Origin: Escherichia phage kaset
Reading direction: 5' to 3' (one strand)
Sequence record: PV245935.1
DNA length: 64,000 bases
Shown here: positions 40,497-48,926 of the stretch, piece by piece
Position numbering within the stretch: the stretch's first letter is position 1
How the letters are laid out: each line of letters starts with the position of its first letter
Notes under the pieces: model-generated
What the model was told of the DNA's origin: nothing
The model's input: the letters and a program-made list of their open reading frames with translations, nothing else
The model's database searches: none
Made by a program: the position numbers and the translations under genes

Positions 40497-41369
40497 CTAT
40501 TTATTGAAATTAATATTGTGGGTGTTGACGAGACGTTCACACATGGCGCTGTAAACACCATCATCGTGTATAGAGTCTTCGTGCTTCAGGCCGCTGATTG
40601 CGAAGCGTGTAAGCTTGACAATCTTAAGCTCGAACAGATGCCACATGTGGTAGTCTTCCGGCGTTTTCAACGTTACGCCATTAGGGAAAAGCACCTGCAT
40701 AACCTGGCCAACCATCACGGCGTTATCGCCATAGACAGCGTTGCGCTCACGGAAGGTTGCCGCCATTGCATCAAGAATATCGGCGGCAGTGGCCGGAGAT
40801 TGTTCAATTTCCACAGCCTTAGTCTCTTCTTGCCCTGTTGCGCTTGGATCAATTGCTAATTGTTGCACCACTTCACCTGCCTTGCAAAGATTAAATGTAA
40901 AAGCGATTTTATTTTGAGCAACGGAATTATAATACAATGCTTCATCTTGCATCCGCGCGAGCACGTCTTGTCGGTCGTCGAATACATTGATGATTCGATA
41001 ATCGCCGTGCCGCAATGCGTGCGATAGCCATGCAGATTTCATAATAGTTGATGGACGTTTGTCGCCATAGTCTCTCATCTTGATTGTAAATTCATCAAAA
41101 GGAAAAACATTGTCCAGACGTTCAAAAGTCACTTGTCTGTATTTTTCTGGCCTTGCAGTCCAATATTCAACCGCCTCACCGCGAAGAGATGCCGACTCTA
41201 CTGCTGATGCAATGTGAGGATAGAACTGATCATAACCAATACCGCTGTGATAGTCATCATAGTCTGACAACGGACCTGCCACCTTGATGCGGTCTAAGCG
41301 CCAACGGTCATCAAACAGCGTTCCGTCAAGGTCGAATACGTTTAAGATTTCGCTGTTTTTAATGCTCAT
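40497..41369 (-). CDS. HAD-superfamily phosphatase-like protein with C-terminal extension
   Basis: 290 aa; motif I FDLDGTLFDD, later VFDDRQDV; C-terminal ~130 aa of unknown function. Confidence 0.5.
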   Translation of the reverse strand: MSIKNSEILNVFDLDGTLFDDRWRLDRIKVAGPLSDYDDYHSGIGYDQFYPHIASAVESASLRGEAVEYWTARPEKYRQVTFERLDNVFPFDEFTIKMRDYGDKRPSTIMKSAWLSHALRHGDYRIINVFDDRQDVLARMQDEALYYNSVAQNKIAFTFNLCKAGEVVQQLAIDPSATGQEETKAVEIEQSPATAADILDAMAATFRERNAVYGDNAVMVGQVMQVLFPNGVTLKTPEDYHMWHLFELKIVKLTRFAISGLKHEDSIHDDGVYSAMCERLVNTHNINFNK

Positions 41370-42211
41370 CCTTTTGATACTCCATCTTTAGCGACTGGAT
41401 TGTTGGTGATTGGCATCGCACTCCAAAACTGGATGCGCAACTCTTCTTGCTGTGCCGTGGTATCCATCCAATCACGATACCAAGGGCAATGTGCTTTACC
41501 GTGACGGGGAAATGCGCACTTACCCATACCGATGCATTGCGGCTGTAGTAAAGGATTAGCCCAAGGGTGCACCTTGAGGACTTCCGCAACCATTGCACGA
41601 AATACTTCTTGATACTCGCCTTGAGTGCGCGTGCACAAGCGGTTTGACGCCATCTGCTGCAGCGTGCGCAAGTTGAACTTTGCCATGATATGCGTTTGCA
41701 TATTAGAAGGCAACACGGCACGTGCATCCTGAATCTCTGCGCCAGCCGCGCGAAGTTCTTGGTATAGGGCGTCAATGGTTGCCATTGCATCATCCCACTT
41801 CTCTGCCAGCACACTTCTTTTTTCAGAGTCCCAGTATCCTTCTTCATCCTGGTCGAAAAAGTCTTTTTTACCAAGATCATCTAAACTATCAAAATCACCA
41901 TCCCTTTCAAATGCCTTCGGACGAATTGCATCAAACGCAGACGACTCCTGAGCGCGGCTAGTGCGTTCTTGATATGCGCCTGTGCGTGTGCGCACCATCT
42001 GATGGGTCATGTTCTTTGAAACATCAGTGATGTCAAAGATATAGTCCACAAAGTCAAAGGGCGACTTGATTGTATCAAGCATGTAGCGCCAGTGCTCTTG
42101 CTTCTCTGATTCTGTCATCTCAGAGACAGGCTTGCCAGTCATGCGCGTGTTCTTTGTTTCCAGCAAAAGGTCAAGTGCATCTTGGGTGTATCGAATTAAT
42201 TCAACTTTCAT
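41366..42211 (-). CDS. thyX: ThyX-like flavin-dependent thymidylate synthase (variant RTR motif)
   Basis: 281 aa; VRTRTGAYQERTSR aligns with the ThyX signature RHR-x7/8-S but with His replaced by Thr. Confidence 0.55.
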   Translation of the reverse strand: MKVELIRYTQDALDLLLETKNTRMTGKPVSEMTESEKQEHWRYMLDTIKSPFDFVDYIFDITDVSKNMTHQMVRTRTGAYQERTSRAQESSAFDAIRPKAFERDGDFDSLDDLGKKDFFDQDEEGYWDSEKRSVLAEKWDDAMATIDALYQELRAAGAEIQDARAVLPSNMQTHIMAKFNLRTLQQMASNRLCTRTQGEYQEVFRAMVAEVLKVHPWANPLLQPQCIGMGKCAFPRHGKAHCPWYRDWMDTTAQQEELRIQFWSAMPITNNPVAKDGVSKG

Positions 42212-42225
42212 TTTAATTATTCCTA

Positions 42226-42672
42226 TTAACGGTAATTCACTAATTGCTGATCACCAGAGAAGGTGCAATGATAAACGAATTGTGCGTTGTAAAGCAACTG
42301 AAAACTTTTCTTTGGTTCACTATTAGCACTCATCGATGTGAATACTTCTGCACCGGAACGGTTTTCACCAATCAGATTGATAAAGCCGCCAGTTGAACGA
42401 GGTTGAACGAAAGTGAAACGTTGCATCCACGGAGTCCGGTTGGCACCTTTACCCGTGAATCCTTGAATCTGAATATTCAGACCTTCTTGCTCATTCACAC
42501 CGATGTAAGTGGTAATCTTCGCACCAGTCGTTGCTGCGGTCTTGCCGTCCATCGCTTCGCAATCGTAAACAGCGATTGAATCGGAAGTACGGATGGCAGC
42601 TTCAGTCGCTTCCATATACATGGTGCCGAGAATAGCAGTTGCGGCAAGCGCGATTCCAGTGATTCGTTTCAT
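42226..42672 (-). CDS. secreted protein of unknown function
   Basis: 148 aa; signal peptide MKRITGIALAATAILGTMYMEATEAA. Confidence 0.5.
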   Translation of the reverse strand: MKRITGIALAATAILGTMYMEATEAAIRTSDSIAVYDCEAMDGKTAATTGAKITTYIGVNEQEGLNIQIQGFTGKGANRTPWMQRFTFVQPRSTGGFINLIGENRSGAEVFTSMSANSEPKKSFQLLYNAQFVYHCTFSGDQQLVNYR

Positions 42673-42689
42673 TTCGTTTCCTCTATGAG

Positions 42690-42730
42690 TTCTGCTTCAA
42701 TGATTAAAGTATACGCCCATTGAAGCAGAA
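42690..42730. promoter_or_regulatory. perfect 13-bp inverted repeat
   Basis: TTCTGCTTCAATG-N15-CATTGAAGCAGAA; loop contains TATACT; directly upstream of secreted-protein gene. Confidence 0.5.
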
Positions 42731-42736
42731 AGCAAA

Positions 42737-43732
42737 TTATTTATTGGCAATATAAGCAAATTTTTGATAGTTATTTGCTTTGATGAGTTTTTCAACTTCA
42801 ACAAGGTCATGAGCGACGTCATCAAGCAAAATGTTGCGCCAGGTAGCGAATCGACCAACACTAAACACGTTCAAATCCATAGTCAGCTGCAGGAGTAGGG
42901 CGTGTCGCAAGTCTTTCGGAATGTCGACAATCTTGCCATATTTCTGGTCGACCTTTTCAACTTCTTCAAGAGCAATGTCACTCCATGAAAGGCCAAAGGC
43001 CGTCAACACTTCGTCGACTTCTGCGCGAAGCTTTATGTCACGGTAACGAGTGATGCCGCCAGCGGCTTCAACTGCAGCTTCACTTACGCTGACCAAAGGA
43101 ATTGTTTCAATGATAAGCGTGTCACCAGTAATTGATGCGCGGTAAGTTCTGACTGAGTAGTCAGGGAAGTAAATTGTTTGATACAACTCACACTTACGTT
43201 TAATCTTAAAGCGGTAAACACGAATGTTTGCTTTATCAAATGAGAAATCAAGCTTTTGATCAATCCCAGCAAGCTTCAGCATGACTGGCAGCGGCGATGT
43301 GTTGATGATTGGCGTCTCGCTATAGCCGCAAAGAGTATCAACCGGAGTATTAAAGAATATGCGGTCACCCAGTTTGTCGACAAGCTGATCATAAAAGTCA
43401 TCAGGCGCAATATAACGCGTTGCAGTTTTAAGCTTCATGATTGAACGGCTGCCAAACTGATTGGTGACCTTCATGGAATACATATTGGCAAGGTTAATTG
43501 GGCAATGGTCGTGGTAGTAGTTGCCGCGAAAATACACAGCCTTGTCAACTGTCACGGCCTTAAAGGGGATTCCGGTAATACGGCTTACTTCTTCGCCACG
43601 GAAGCGTAGCAACGCCTTGTGCTGTTGCGCCCGTTCCCCTGCTTCGTACACAATAGAGTTCGGGAAGTGACACGCTGTGATAAGTCCTGCCAGTCCGCCG
43701 CCGATAATCATTACAGGTTGTTTCATGTTCAT
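42737..43732 (-). CDS. FAD/NAD(P)-binding oxidoreductase
   Basis: 331 aa; N-terminal dinucleotide-binding motif VMIIGGGLAGL. Confidence 0.5.
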   Translation of the reverse strand: MNMKQPVMIIGGGLAGLITACHFPNSIVYEAGERAQQHKALLRFRGEEVSRITGIPFKAVTVDKAVYFRGNYYHDHCPINLANMYSMKVTNQFGSRSIMKLKTATRYIAPDDFYDQLVDKLGDRIFFNTPVDTLCGYSETPIINTSPLPVMLKLAGIDQKLDFSFDKANIRVYRFKIKRKCELYQTIYFPDYSVRTYRASITGDTLIIETIPLVSVSEAAVEAAGGITRYRDIKLRAEVDEVLTAFGLSWSDIALEEVEKVDQKYGKIVDIPKDLRHALLLQLTMDLNVFSVGRFATWRNILLDDVAHDLVEVEKLIKANNYQKFAYIANK

Positions 43733-43810
43733 TTGTCCTTTGTGGGTGATATGAGAAGTATAATAGCTAAATTATTTTACAGCAACAAGTCATTTTATTT
43801 AGTACAGATG

Positions 43811-43837
43811 AAAAAAGACCCACAACAAGTGTGGGTC
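43811..43837 (-). terminator. Rho-independent terminator after KAE-rich protein gene
   Basis: minus strand GACCCACAcuugUUGUGGGUC then UUUUUUC. Confidence 0.55.
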
Positions 43838-43864
43838 AATTACCGCTGCATAACCGTCCTAAGG

Positions 43865-44710
43865 TTATTCCGCTTGATCACCGTCTTCGGCATCGTCGTT
43901 GGATTCAACATCGACAAACTCGATGTGGCCCATCTCTTCCAGCTTGCTCAGGTAGGAGCGAACGGAAGCGCCAAACAGTTGATCTTTAACTTTTTCGCCC
44001 AGCTCATCGATAGACTGCGCCACGCCAACTTCGCCTTCTTTGATCGCCGCTAGAACGCGTCCACGGGTGGAATGCTCTTGCGGCTGGCTCAGGCCATTGC
44101 CAGTGTAGATGAAGTGGGTTGCTTTTGCACGACGCTGACCGTTTGCCTTTTTAGCAGCCTTACGTTCTGCGATGGCTTTGCGACGTTCTTCAGCTTCTTG
44201 CTTACGCTGTTCTTTCTGCTGTTCTGCAGCTTCTTTTGCCGCAATCTTAGCAGCTTCACGCTCTGCCTTGCGTTTCGCTTTAGCTTCTTCTTTGGCCTTC
44301 TCTTTTTCGGCCTTCGCTGCAGCACGGGCTTGATCACGCTCTGCTTTCTTAGCAGCAGCTTGTTCAGCTTTCAGGCGCTTGGCTTCTTCTTTAGCCTTTG
44401 CCTTTTCGATTTCTTTCGCTGCTTTAGCGGCTTCACGCTCTGCTTTCTTAGCAGCAGCCTTTTCTGCGCGCTCTTTGGCCTTCTTAGCTGCTTCTTCAGC
44501 ACGCTTCTGAGCCTTCTCATCAGCAGCCTGCTTGCGTTTCAGTGCAGCTTCTTCACGCTTGGCTTGTTTTTCCTGCTCACGCTTCTGGCGTTTTTCTTCG
44601 GCTTCTTTCTTTTTAGCCAGGCGTTTTTCTTCAGCCACGCGACGACGTTCTGCTGCAGCTGCTTGTTTTTCTTCTTTAGATAATACTTTGATTGCTTCGG
44701 CCATGTTCAC
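43865..44710 (-). CDS. Lys/Ala/Glu-rich helical-repeat protein with C-terminal winged-helix-like domain
   Basis: 281 aa; ~200 aa of KAE/R-rich low-complexity helix (TolA domain II-like) then ~80 aa globular C-terminus. Confidence 0.55.
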   Translation of the reverse strand: MNMAEAIKVLSKEEKQAAAAERRRVAEEKRLAKKKEAEEKRQKREQEKQAKREEAALKRKQAADEKAQKRAEEAAKKAKERAEKAAAKKAEREAAKAAKEIEKAKAKEEAKRLKAEQAAAKKAERDQARAAAKAEKEKAKEEAKAKRKAEREAAKIAAKEAAEQQKEQRKQEAEERRKAIAERKAAKKANGQRRAKATHFIYTGNGLSQPQEHSTRGRVLAAIKEGEVGVAQSIDELGEKVKDQLFGASVRSYLSKLEEMGHIEFVDVESNDDAEDGDQAE

Positions 44711-44863
44711 AGTCCTTAAATAAATTAGTTTATTTTATATTCCCCGTTTGGGATAACTTAATTATGCCTTCAGTCGCCGCCAGTAGCAACTAAAAACTCT
44801 GGCGGCAATGCCACTTTAATTAAACTGATTTTCAGTTTTATTTTTCGTAAATTTACGTCAACA

Positions 44864-46048
44864 TTAACGCGCTTTCAAATCACGGTACACGGTCAGATTC
44901 TTTTTAGCGCGGGTGATGGCGGTGTACATCATCTTGGAGTACGGAACGCCGCGCAAGATTTCTTCCAGCACGCACACATTGTCCCACTCGCTGCCTTGCG
45001 ATTTGTGCACCGTTATGACATAGCCATAGTCCATGCCTCCAACAGCGCGTTGGGCCTCTTTGCGCACTTCCTGATCAGTAGAGAAGGAAAGAGGATTTAT
45101 CTTCACCTTTATATCTTTGCCATCGGTAAGCGAGCGCAAATTGACATACATTATTTCATTGGACTCGTCTTCATCCCTTTCAAAGTCCGGTACTGGCTCA
45201 TAACTAATAACAATCCCTTGCTCGCCATTACAGAATCCTGGACCGTGTTGGTTGAATGTGCAAATAACTTTCTCGCCGATTCCTGGCATTGGCGTTATAC
45301 GTCCGCTCACTTGGCGCAATAATGAATTCCATTTATCTTTGGTGCTATTATATGAGCAAATAATTTGATCATCTTCGCCCATGAATTTCTTCAACGCAGT
45401 AACGCGCGGCGATTCAGCCAAAACCTTGACGTCATCGTATTCACGCGGAGGAAGTCGGTTGCCCTGTCGCACGAAGAAGGAAGCGCGGATTATGTTTGAC
45501 TCTTTTCCTTGCCGCATGATTTCGGTTAACAGTACGTCAACGGCATCTTCAGTAAAGTAGGCGGCGGCTTTTACCGGAGGGACTTGTCCAATGTCGCCTA
45601 ATGCCAGAACAGGGATGCGGTGATCAAGAAGGCGCTCTGTGTCCCACTCGCCAACCATTGAAGCTTCATCAAGGACGACAAGATGCGGCCTTTCATCAAG
45701 CGTTGACTTCCTTGCAAAGATTGGTTCATTGTCATCGTTAACGCCGCGCACGTTATAGATGAACTGATGAAGGGTCTTAGCGCCACGACACCCTTTCTGC
45801 TTCAATCGGCTGGCGGCCTTTCCGGTCGGCGCAATATAAATGGCACCGTACTCACCGACACAACGGCGCACAATCTCACGCGCAATAGATGTTTTACCTG
45901 TTCCTGCATAGCCAGCGATGAAAAACACGCGCTTCGTTGTTTTACCGTCCTGCAATCGCTTGTACCATGCAACGGCCTTTTCGATGGCATCAATTTGTTG
46001 CGCGTTGAACTGAATCACTGGCTCATTATTAAATTCTGGAATGTTCAT
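44864..46048 (-). CDS. dda: Dda/RecD-like SF1 DNA helicase
   Basis: 394 aa; Walker A GYAGTGKTS, HLVVLDEASM, TVHKSQGSEWDNV, YTAITRAKKNL. Confidence 0.8.
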   Translation of the reverse strand: MNIPEFNNEPVIQFNAQQIDAIEKAVAWYKRLQDGKTTKRVFFIAGYAGTGKTSIAREIVRRCVGEYGAIYIAPTGKAASRLKQKGCRGAKTLHQFIYNVRGVNDDNEPIFARKSTLDERPHLVVLDEASMVGEWDTERLLDHRIPVLALGDIGQVPPVKAAAYFTEDAVDVLLTEIMRQGKESNIIRASFFVRQGNRLPPREYDDVKVLAESPRVTALKKFMGEDDQIICSYNSTKDKWNSLLRQVSGRITPMPGIGEKVICTFNQHGPGFCNGEQGIVISYEPVPDFERDEDESNEIMYVNLRSLTDGKDIKVKINPLSFSTDQEVRKEAQRAVGGMDYGYVITVHKSQGSEWDNVCVLEEILRGVPYSKMMYTAITRAKKNLTVYRDLKAR

Positions 46049-46374
46049 TATAACTCCACTACGCTTTCAAGGTCCAGATATACTGGAATAAAATGGCAAT
46101 CTTCTTTTCGTTCAAACATCTCGCCGTCAACGTGACTGAAGAAGACAGTTGTGTTTGGTATCTTCCACCCTTTCTCGTCGCGCACCAGGTACGCCATGGA
46201 TTCAACAGGGATGTAAAGCGATACCGGATTCGCGGCAAAGATGAATTTGATTCTGTCTGGTTGACCCAGGAATCGCATAATTGTAAGACTTGAATTCAGT
46301 CTTGTATTAAGGAAGGACTCAACAATGCCGACGTGTGTTGCACGTTCGCGTTGCTTCGTATCTTTTTCGTTCAT
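46048..46374 (-). CDS. hypothetical protein (first gene of leftward operon)
   Basis: 108 aa; start faces divergent promoter region 46375-46534. Confidence 0.45.
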   Translation of the reverse strand: MNEKDTKQRERATHVGIVESFLNTRLNSSLTIMRFLGQPDRIKFIFAANPVSLYIPVESMAYLVRDEKGWKIPNTTVFFSHVDGEMFERKEDCHFIPVYLDLESVVEL

Positions 46375-46477
46375 TTCAGGCGACCTTTGTTAGTGCGGAA
46401 ATATTTTCTGATAGTATAATTGCAGATATAGTATAAAGCAAAGTAAATCGAAATTGTGAACTAAATGGTAAATATTG

Positions 46478-46505
46478 TTGACTTTGTATCACTCAATATT
46501 ATACT
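46478..46505 (+). promoter_or_regulatory. sigma70-like promoter for rightward early operon
   Basis: TTGACT-N16-TATACT, 30 bp upstream of ATG 46535. Confidence 0.45.
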
Positions 46506-46534
46506 GCAGGTATTGATCACCGAAGGAAAGAAAG

Positions 46535-47617
46535 ATGGCTAGTTTAAGAGAAGAAGCAAAAATAATCGAAGAGTTTTTGACGGAACTCCAAAGAGGCATT
46601 CCAGAAGATGAACGCGTCATGACTGTGTTTGCGCCTGAAGCAACGGTGCAGACCGACGAGCGCGGCAAAAAGATTAACAGCAGCTTCTGGCCTAAGCCTT
46701 GGAAGCTTGGCAAGCCGCTGATGCAACATCAGAACGGTTACGCCTGCATAAGTTCAATGCGCAAGTCTCCCAACCCAAAGACAGGCGAGATGCGATACTG
46801 GCGCACGGAATCGGCTTTCGGTCATGGCATGGCAATGATGGTCGACGACATCGGACACGGTAAAGGGTCAAAGGGCGATTTAGATTTGGAGTTCTTTTTC
46901 GAGCGTCTGAAGCCAACCGTTATCGTTGAGACTTCACCGAACAACCATCAGCTGTGGTACTTCTTTAAAGAACCGATTGACCATCTTATTCAGTTCAAAG
47001 CATTCCTTGGGTCTTTCGTAAACATGGTACTCAAGAAGGGCGGCGACAACACGATTAAAGACGTGACGCGCGTGGGCCGTGTTCCTGGGTGCATCAACAA
47101 TAAGCGTGTGACTCACGACGGCCCCTATAAATATGTCGATGAGAACGGCGACCCGTTCCGCTGCCGACTTGTTCATGCAGACTATTCTTTGCGCTACACA
47201 ATCGAAGAGATTTGCCAAGCATTCGGTTTCCACGTCGTTATGCCGCAAAAGCGTGAAATTCAAATCGACGTTGACGAATACAAATATGACGCTGTTTGGT
47301 ATAAGATAGCCCAGCAAATCCTTGCGCGCAATAAGATGGGCGAAGGGTCCGATGGCGATGTGGTTGAAAACATGTCAGGTAAATGCCGCATCATCTGTCC
47401 TTGGGGTGAAGAGCACACCAACGGCGACCCATACGGCGCTTATTTTCGCGGCCCAATCCCTGGCGCTGAACATGAATTCGTTTTCGGTTGCGCTCACGAC
47501 TGTCACCGGAAAGGGGAAGGCAAGAAAGGCTGGACCGCTTTTGTTGAAGCAGTAGTCATGCCTTATATTGAGAATCAACTTGATATGATAAATCGTCGCG
47601 CAGGTGGCATAAAATAG
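46535..47617 (+). CDS. primase-polymerase-like protein (AEP family) with C-terminal zinc-binding region
   Basis: 360 aa; MVDDIGHG (DxD-like), NHQLWYF (His motif), Cys/His cluster CRIICPWGEEH...CAHDCH. Confidence 0.5.
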   Translation: MASLREEAKIIEEFLTELQRGIPEDERVMTVFAPEATVQTDERGKKINSSFWPKPWKLGKPLMQHQNGYACISSMRKSPNPKTGEMRYWRTESAFGHGMAMMVDDIGHGKGSKGDLDLEFFFERLKPTVIVETSPNNHQLWYFFKEPIDHLIQFKAFLGSFVNMVLKKGGDNTIKDVTRVGRVPGCINNKRVTHDGPYKYVDENGDPFRCRLVHADYSLRYTIEEICQAFGFHVVMPQKREIQIDVDEYKYDAVWYKIAQQILARNKMGEGSDGDVVENMSGKCRIICPWGEEHTNGDPYGAYFRGPIPGAEHEFVFGCAHDCHRKGEGKKGWTAFVEAVVMPYIENQLDMINRRAGGIK

Positions 47618-47664
47618 TTTGCTTTTATTTTTCTAGCAACTATAATCATTTTATGAACTGAAGC

Positions 47665-47822
47665 AGAGGTGATTTATGAAAAGCGAAGAATTGAATATCG
47701 AGCTTGAAGGTCTGTTAAAGTCGTTAGAACCTAAGCCCGTAGAGCTTCCCACCCTTGAAGGTGTCATGGCTCACCACCAATCGGCTGCGGCCAAACACTA
47801 CTATGAATTTGTTAAGGAATAA
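47665..47822 (+). CDS. small hypothetical protein (52 aa)
   Basis: ATG 47665 with AGAGGTG RBS; below ORF-track size cutoff. Confidence 0.3.
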
Positions 47823-47824
47823 AA

Positions 47825-48115
47825 ATGAACGAACCAAAAATGATGACTCCTGAAGAAGCGCAAAAACTTCGCGTGGAGAACGAGCTTAAGCTTGTCAATG
47901 AAATCCTTCCTCTGTTTAAAGGCTATGCGGTTGAAGAAGTCGTTGGCGCAATCCTTAATGTGTCGACGCACGTGGCGATGAATCTGAATGCAGAGCGTTT
48001 CAATACTTTGCTGACGATTAACAACTTTACTGTCAGTGCAACGTTTACCGTTGAGCCAGTGAATTTTGAAGAAGCTGCAGCCGCGATTCAACAACAGCGA
48101 GATCAAGAGGTGTAG
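47825..48115 (+). CDS. hypothetical protein
   Basis: 96 aa; AAGGAA RBS. Confidence 0.4.
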   Translation: MNEPKMMTPEEAQKLRVENELKLVNEILPLFKGYAVEEVVGAILNVSTHVAMNLNAERFNTLLTINNFTVSATFTVEPVNFEEAAAAIQQQRDQEV

Positions 48116-48116
48116 C

Positions 48117-48380
48117 ATGGGTGCTTTCCGCAACGAGTTCGTTTGGAACGTCACAAGCAGTCTTTCGACTTGTCCTAACTGTGCAAGTGATGTGATCAAG
48201 GTGCGGCAGCATCGCAATGCAGAGGAAGGTGCCTGGGAGGACGGCGACCTTGTAGAGTGCCAGTGTTGCTCTCACGAAGGCGTGGTGGAGCTTTACGCCG
48301 GAGAAGGTTGTCCACCAGCAGAACGTACAGCACGCGTTGAATGGGATGCGACAGACTCCATTGGTGATCCTCAACAGTAA
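48117..48380 (+). CDS. small zinc-ribbon protein
   Basis: 88 aa from ATG 48117 (RBS AGAGGTG); CPNC ... CQCC. Confidence 0.4.
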   Translation: MGAFRNEFVWNVTSSLSTCPNCASDVIKVRQHRNAEEGAWEDGDLVECQCCSHEGVVELYAGEGCPPAERTARVEWDATDSIGDPQQ

Positions 48381-48398
48381 ATTTAGGTATAGATACAT

Positions 48399-48503
48399 AT
48401 GAAAGCCGTAAAGAAATACACATTAATCATTTCCCTTGTTATCATCCTGGGGCTATTATATGTATTGGATATGGCATATTATTTGGCAGGGGTGAGTAAA
48501 TGA
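48399..48503 (+). CDS. small hydrophobic peptide (34 aa)
   Basis: MKAVKKYTLIISLVIILGLLYVLDMAYYLAGVSK; stop overlaps next ATG (ATGA); weak RBS. Confidence 0.3.
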   Translation: MKAVKKYTLIISLVIILGLLYVLDMAYYLAGVSK

Positions 48504-48790
48504 ATATTGTAATTCTTTATGGTGAGAATATCAGCGATGACGACATCGAAGTTGCCGTTGATGTTTACGGTATCGATGAGGTGAAACGTGTTGAAGAAAT
48601 TAATGGCGCAAATCTTAACGAGATTGTCAAAGAAGCTGGTTGCCCTTCGGAAGAGATTCTGGTGGTTACTAACGATGACCTGTCTTCTATGGATTGTTTG
48701 CGCCGCATCTTCACCGATTGCCAATACCTTCATGCTGTTCAGTCAGTAAACAAATTGAGAAAGACATACGCTGACCAATTTCCTTGCTGA
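48500..48790 (+). CDS. hypothetical protein
   Basis: 96 aa acidic protein. Confidence 0.4.
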   Translation: MNIVILYGENISDDDIEVAVDVYGIDEVKRVEEINGANLNEIVKEAGCPSEEILVVTNDDLSSMDCLRRIFTDCQYLHAVQSVNKLRKTYADQFPC

Positions 48791-48840
48791 TAGTTCACCA
48801 GTTATATTGCTTTAAACTGAGTTTTACTATATTAATATAC

Positions 48841-48866
48841 AACGCCAGATTTCTGGCGTTTATTTA
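48841..48866 (+). terminator. Rho-independent terminator
   Basis: AACGCCAGAtttcTGGCGTT followed by TATTTA. Confidence 0.5.
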
Positions 48867-48926
48867 CCGCACCCTGAAAGGATATATCCATGCAACAATA
48901 TAACAAAGCCGTATCAGGAGGATTAA

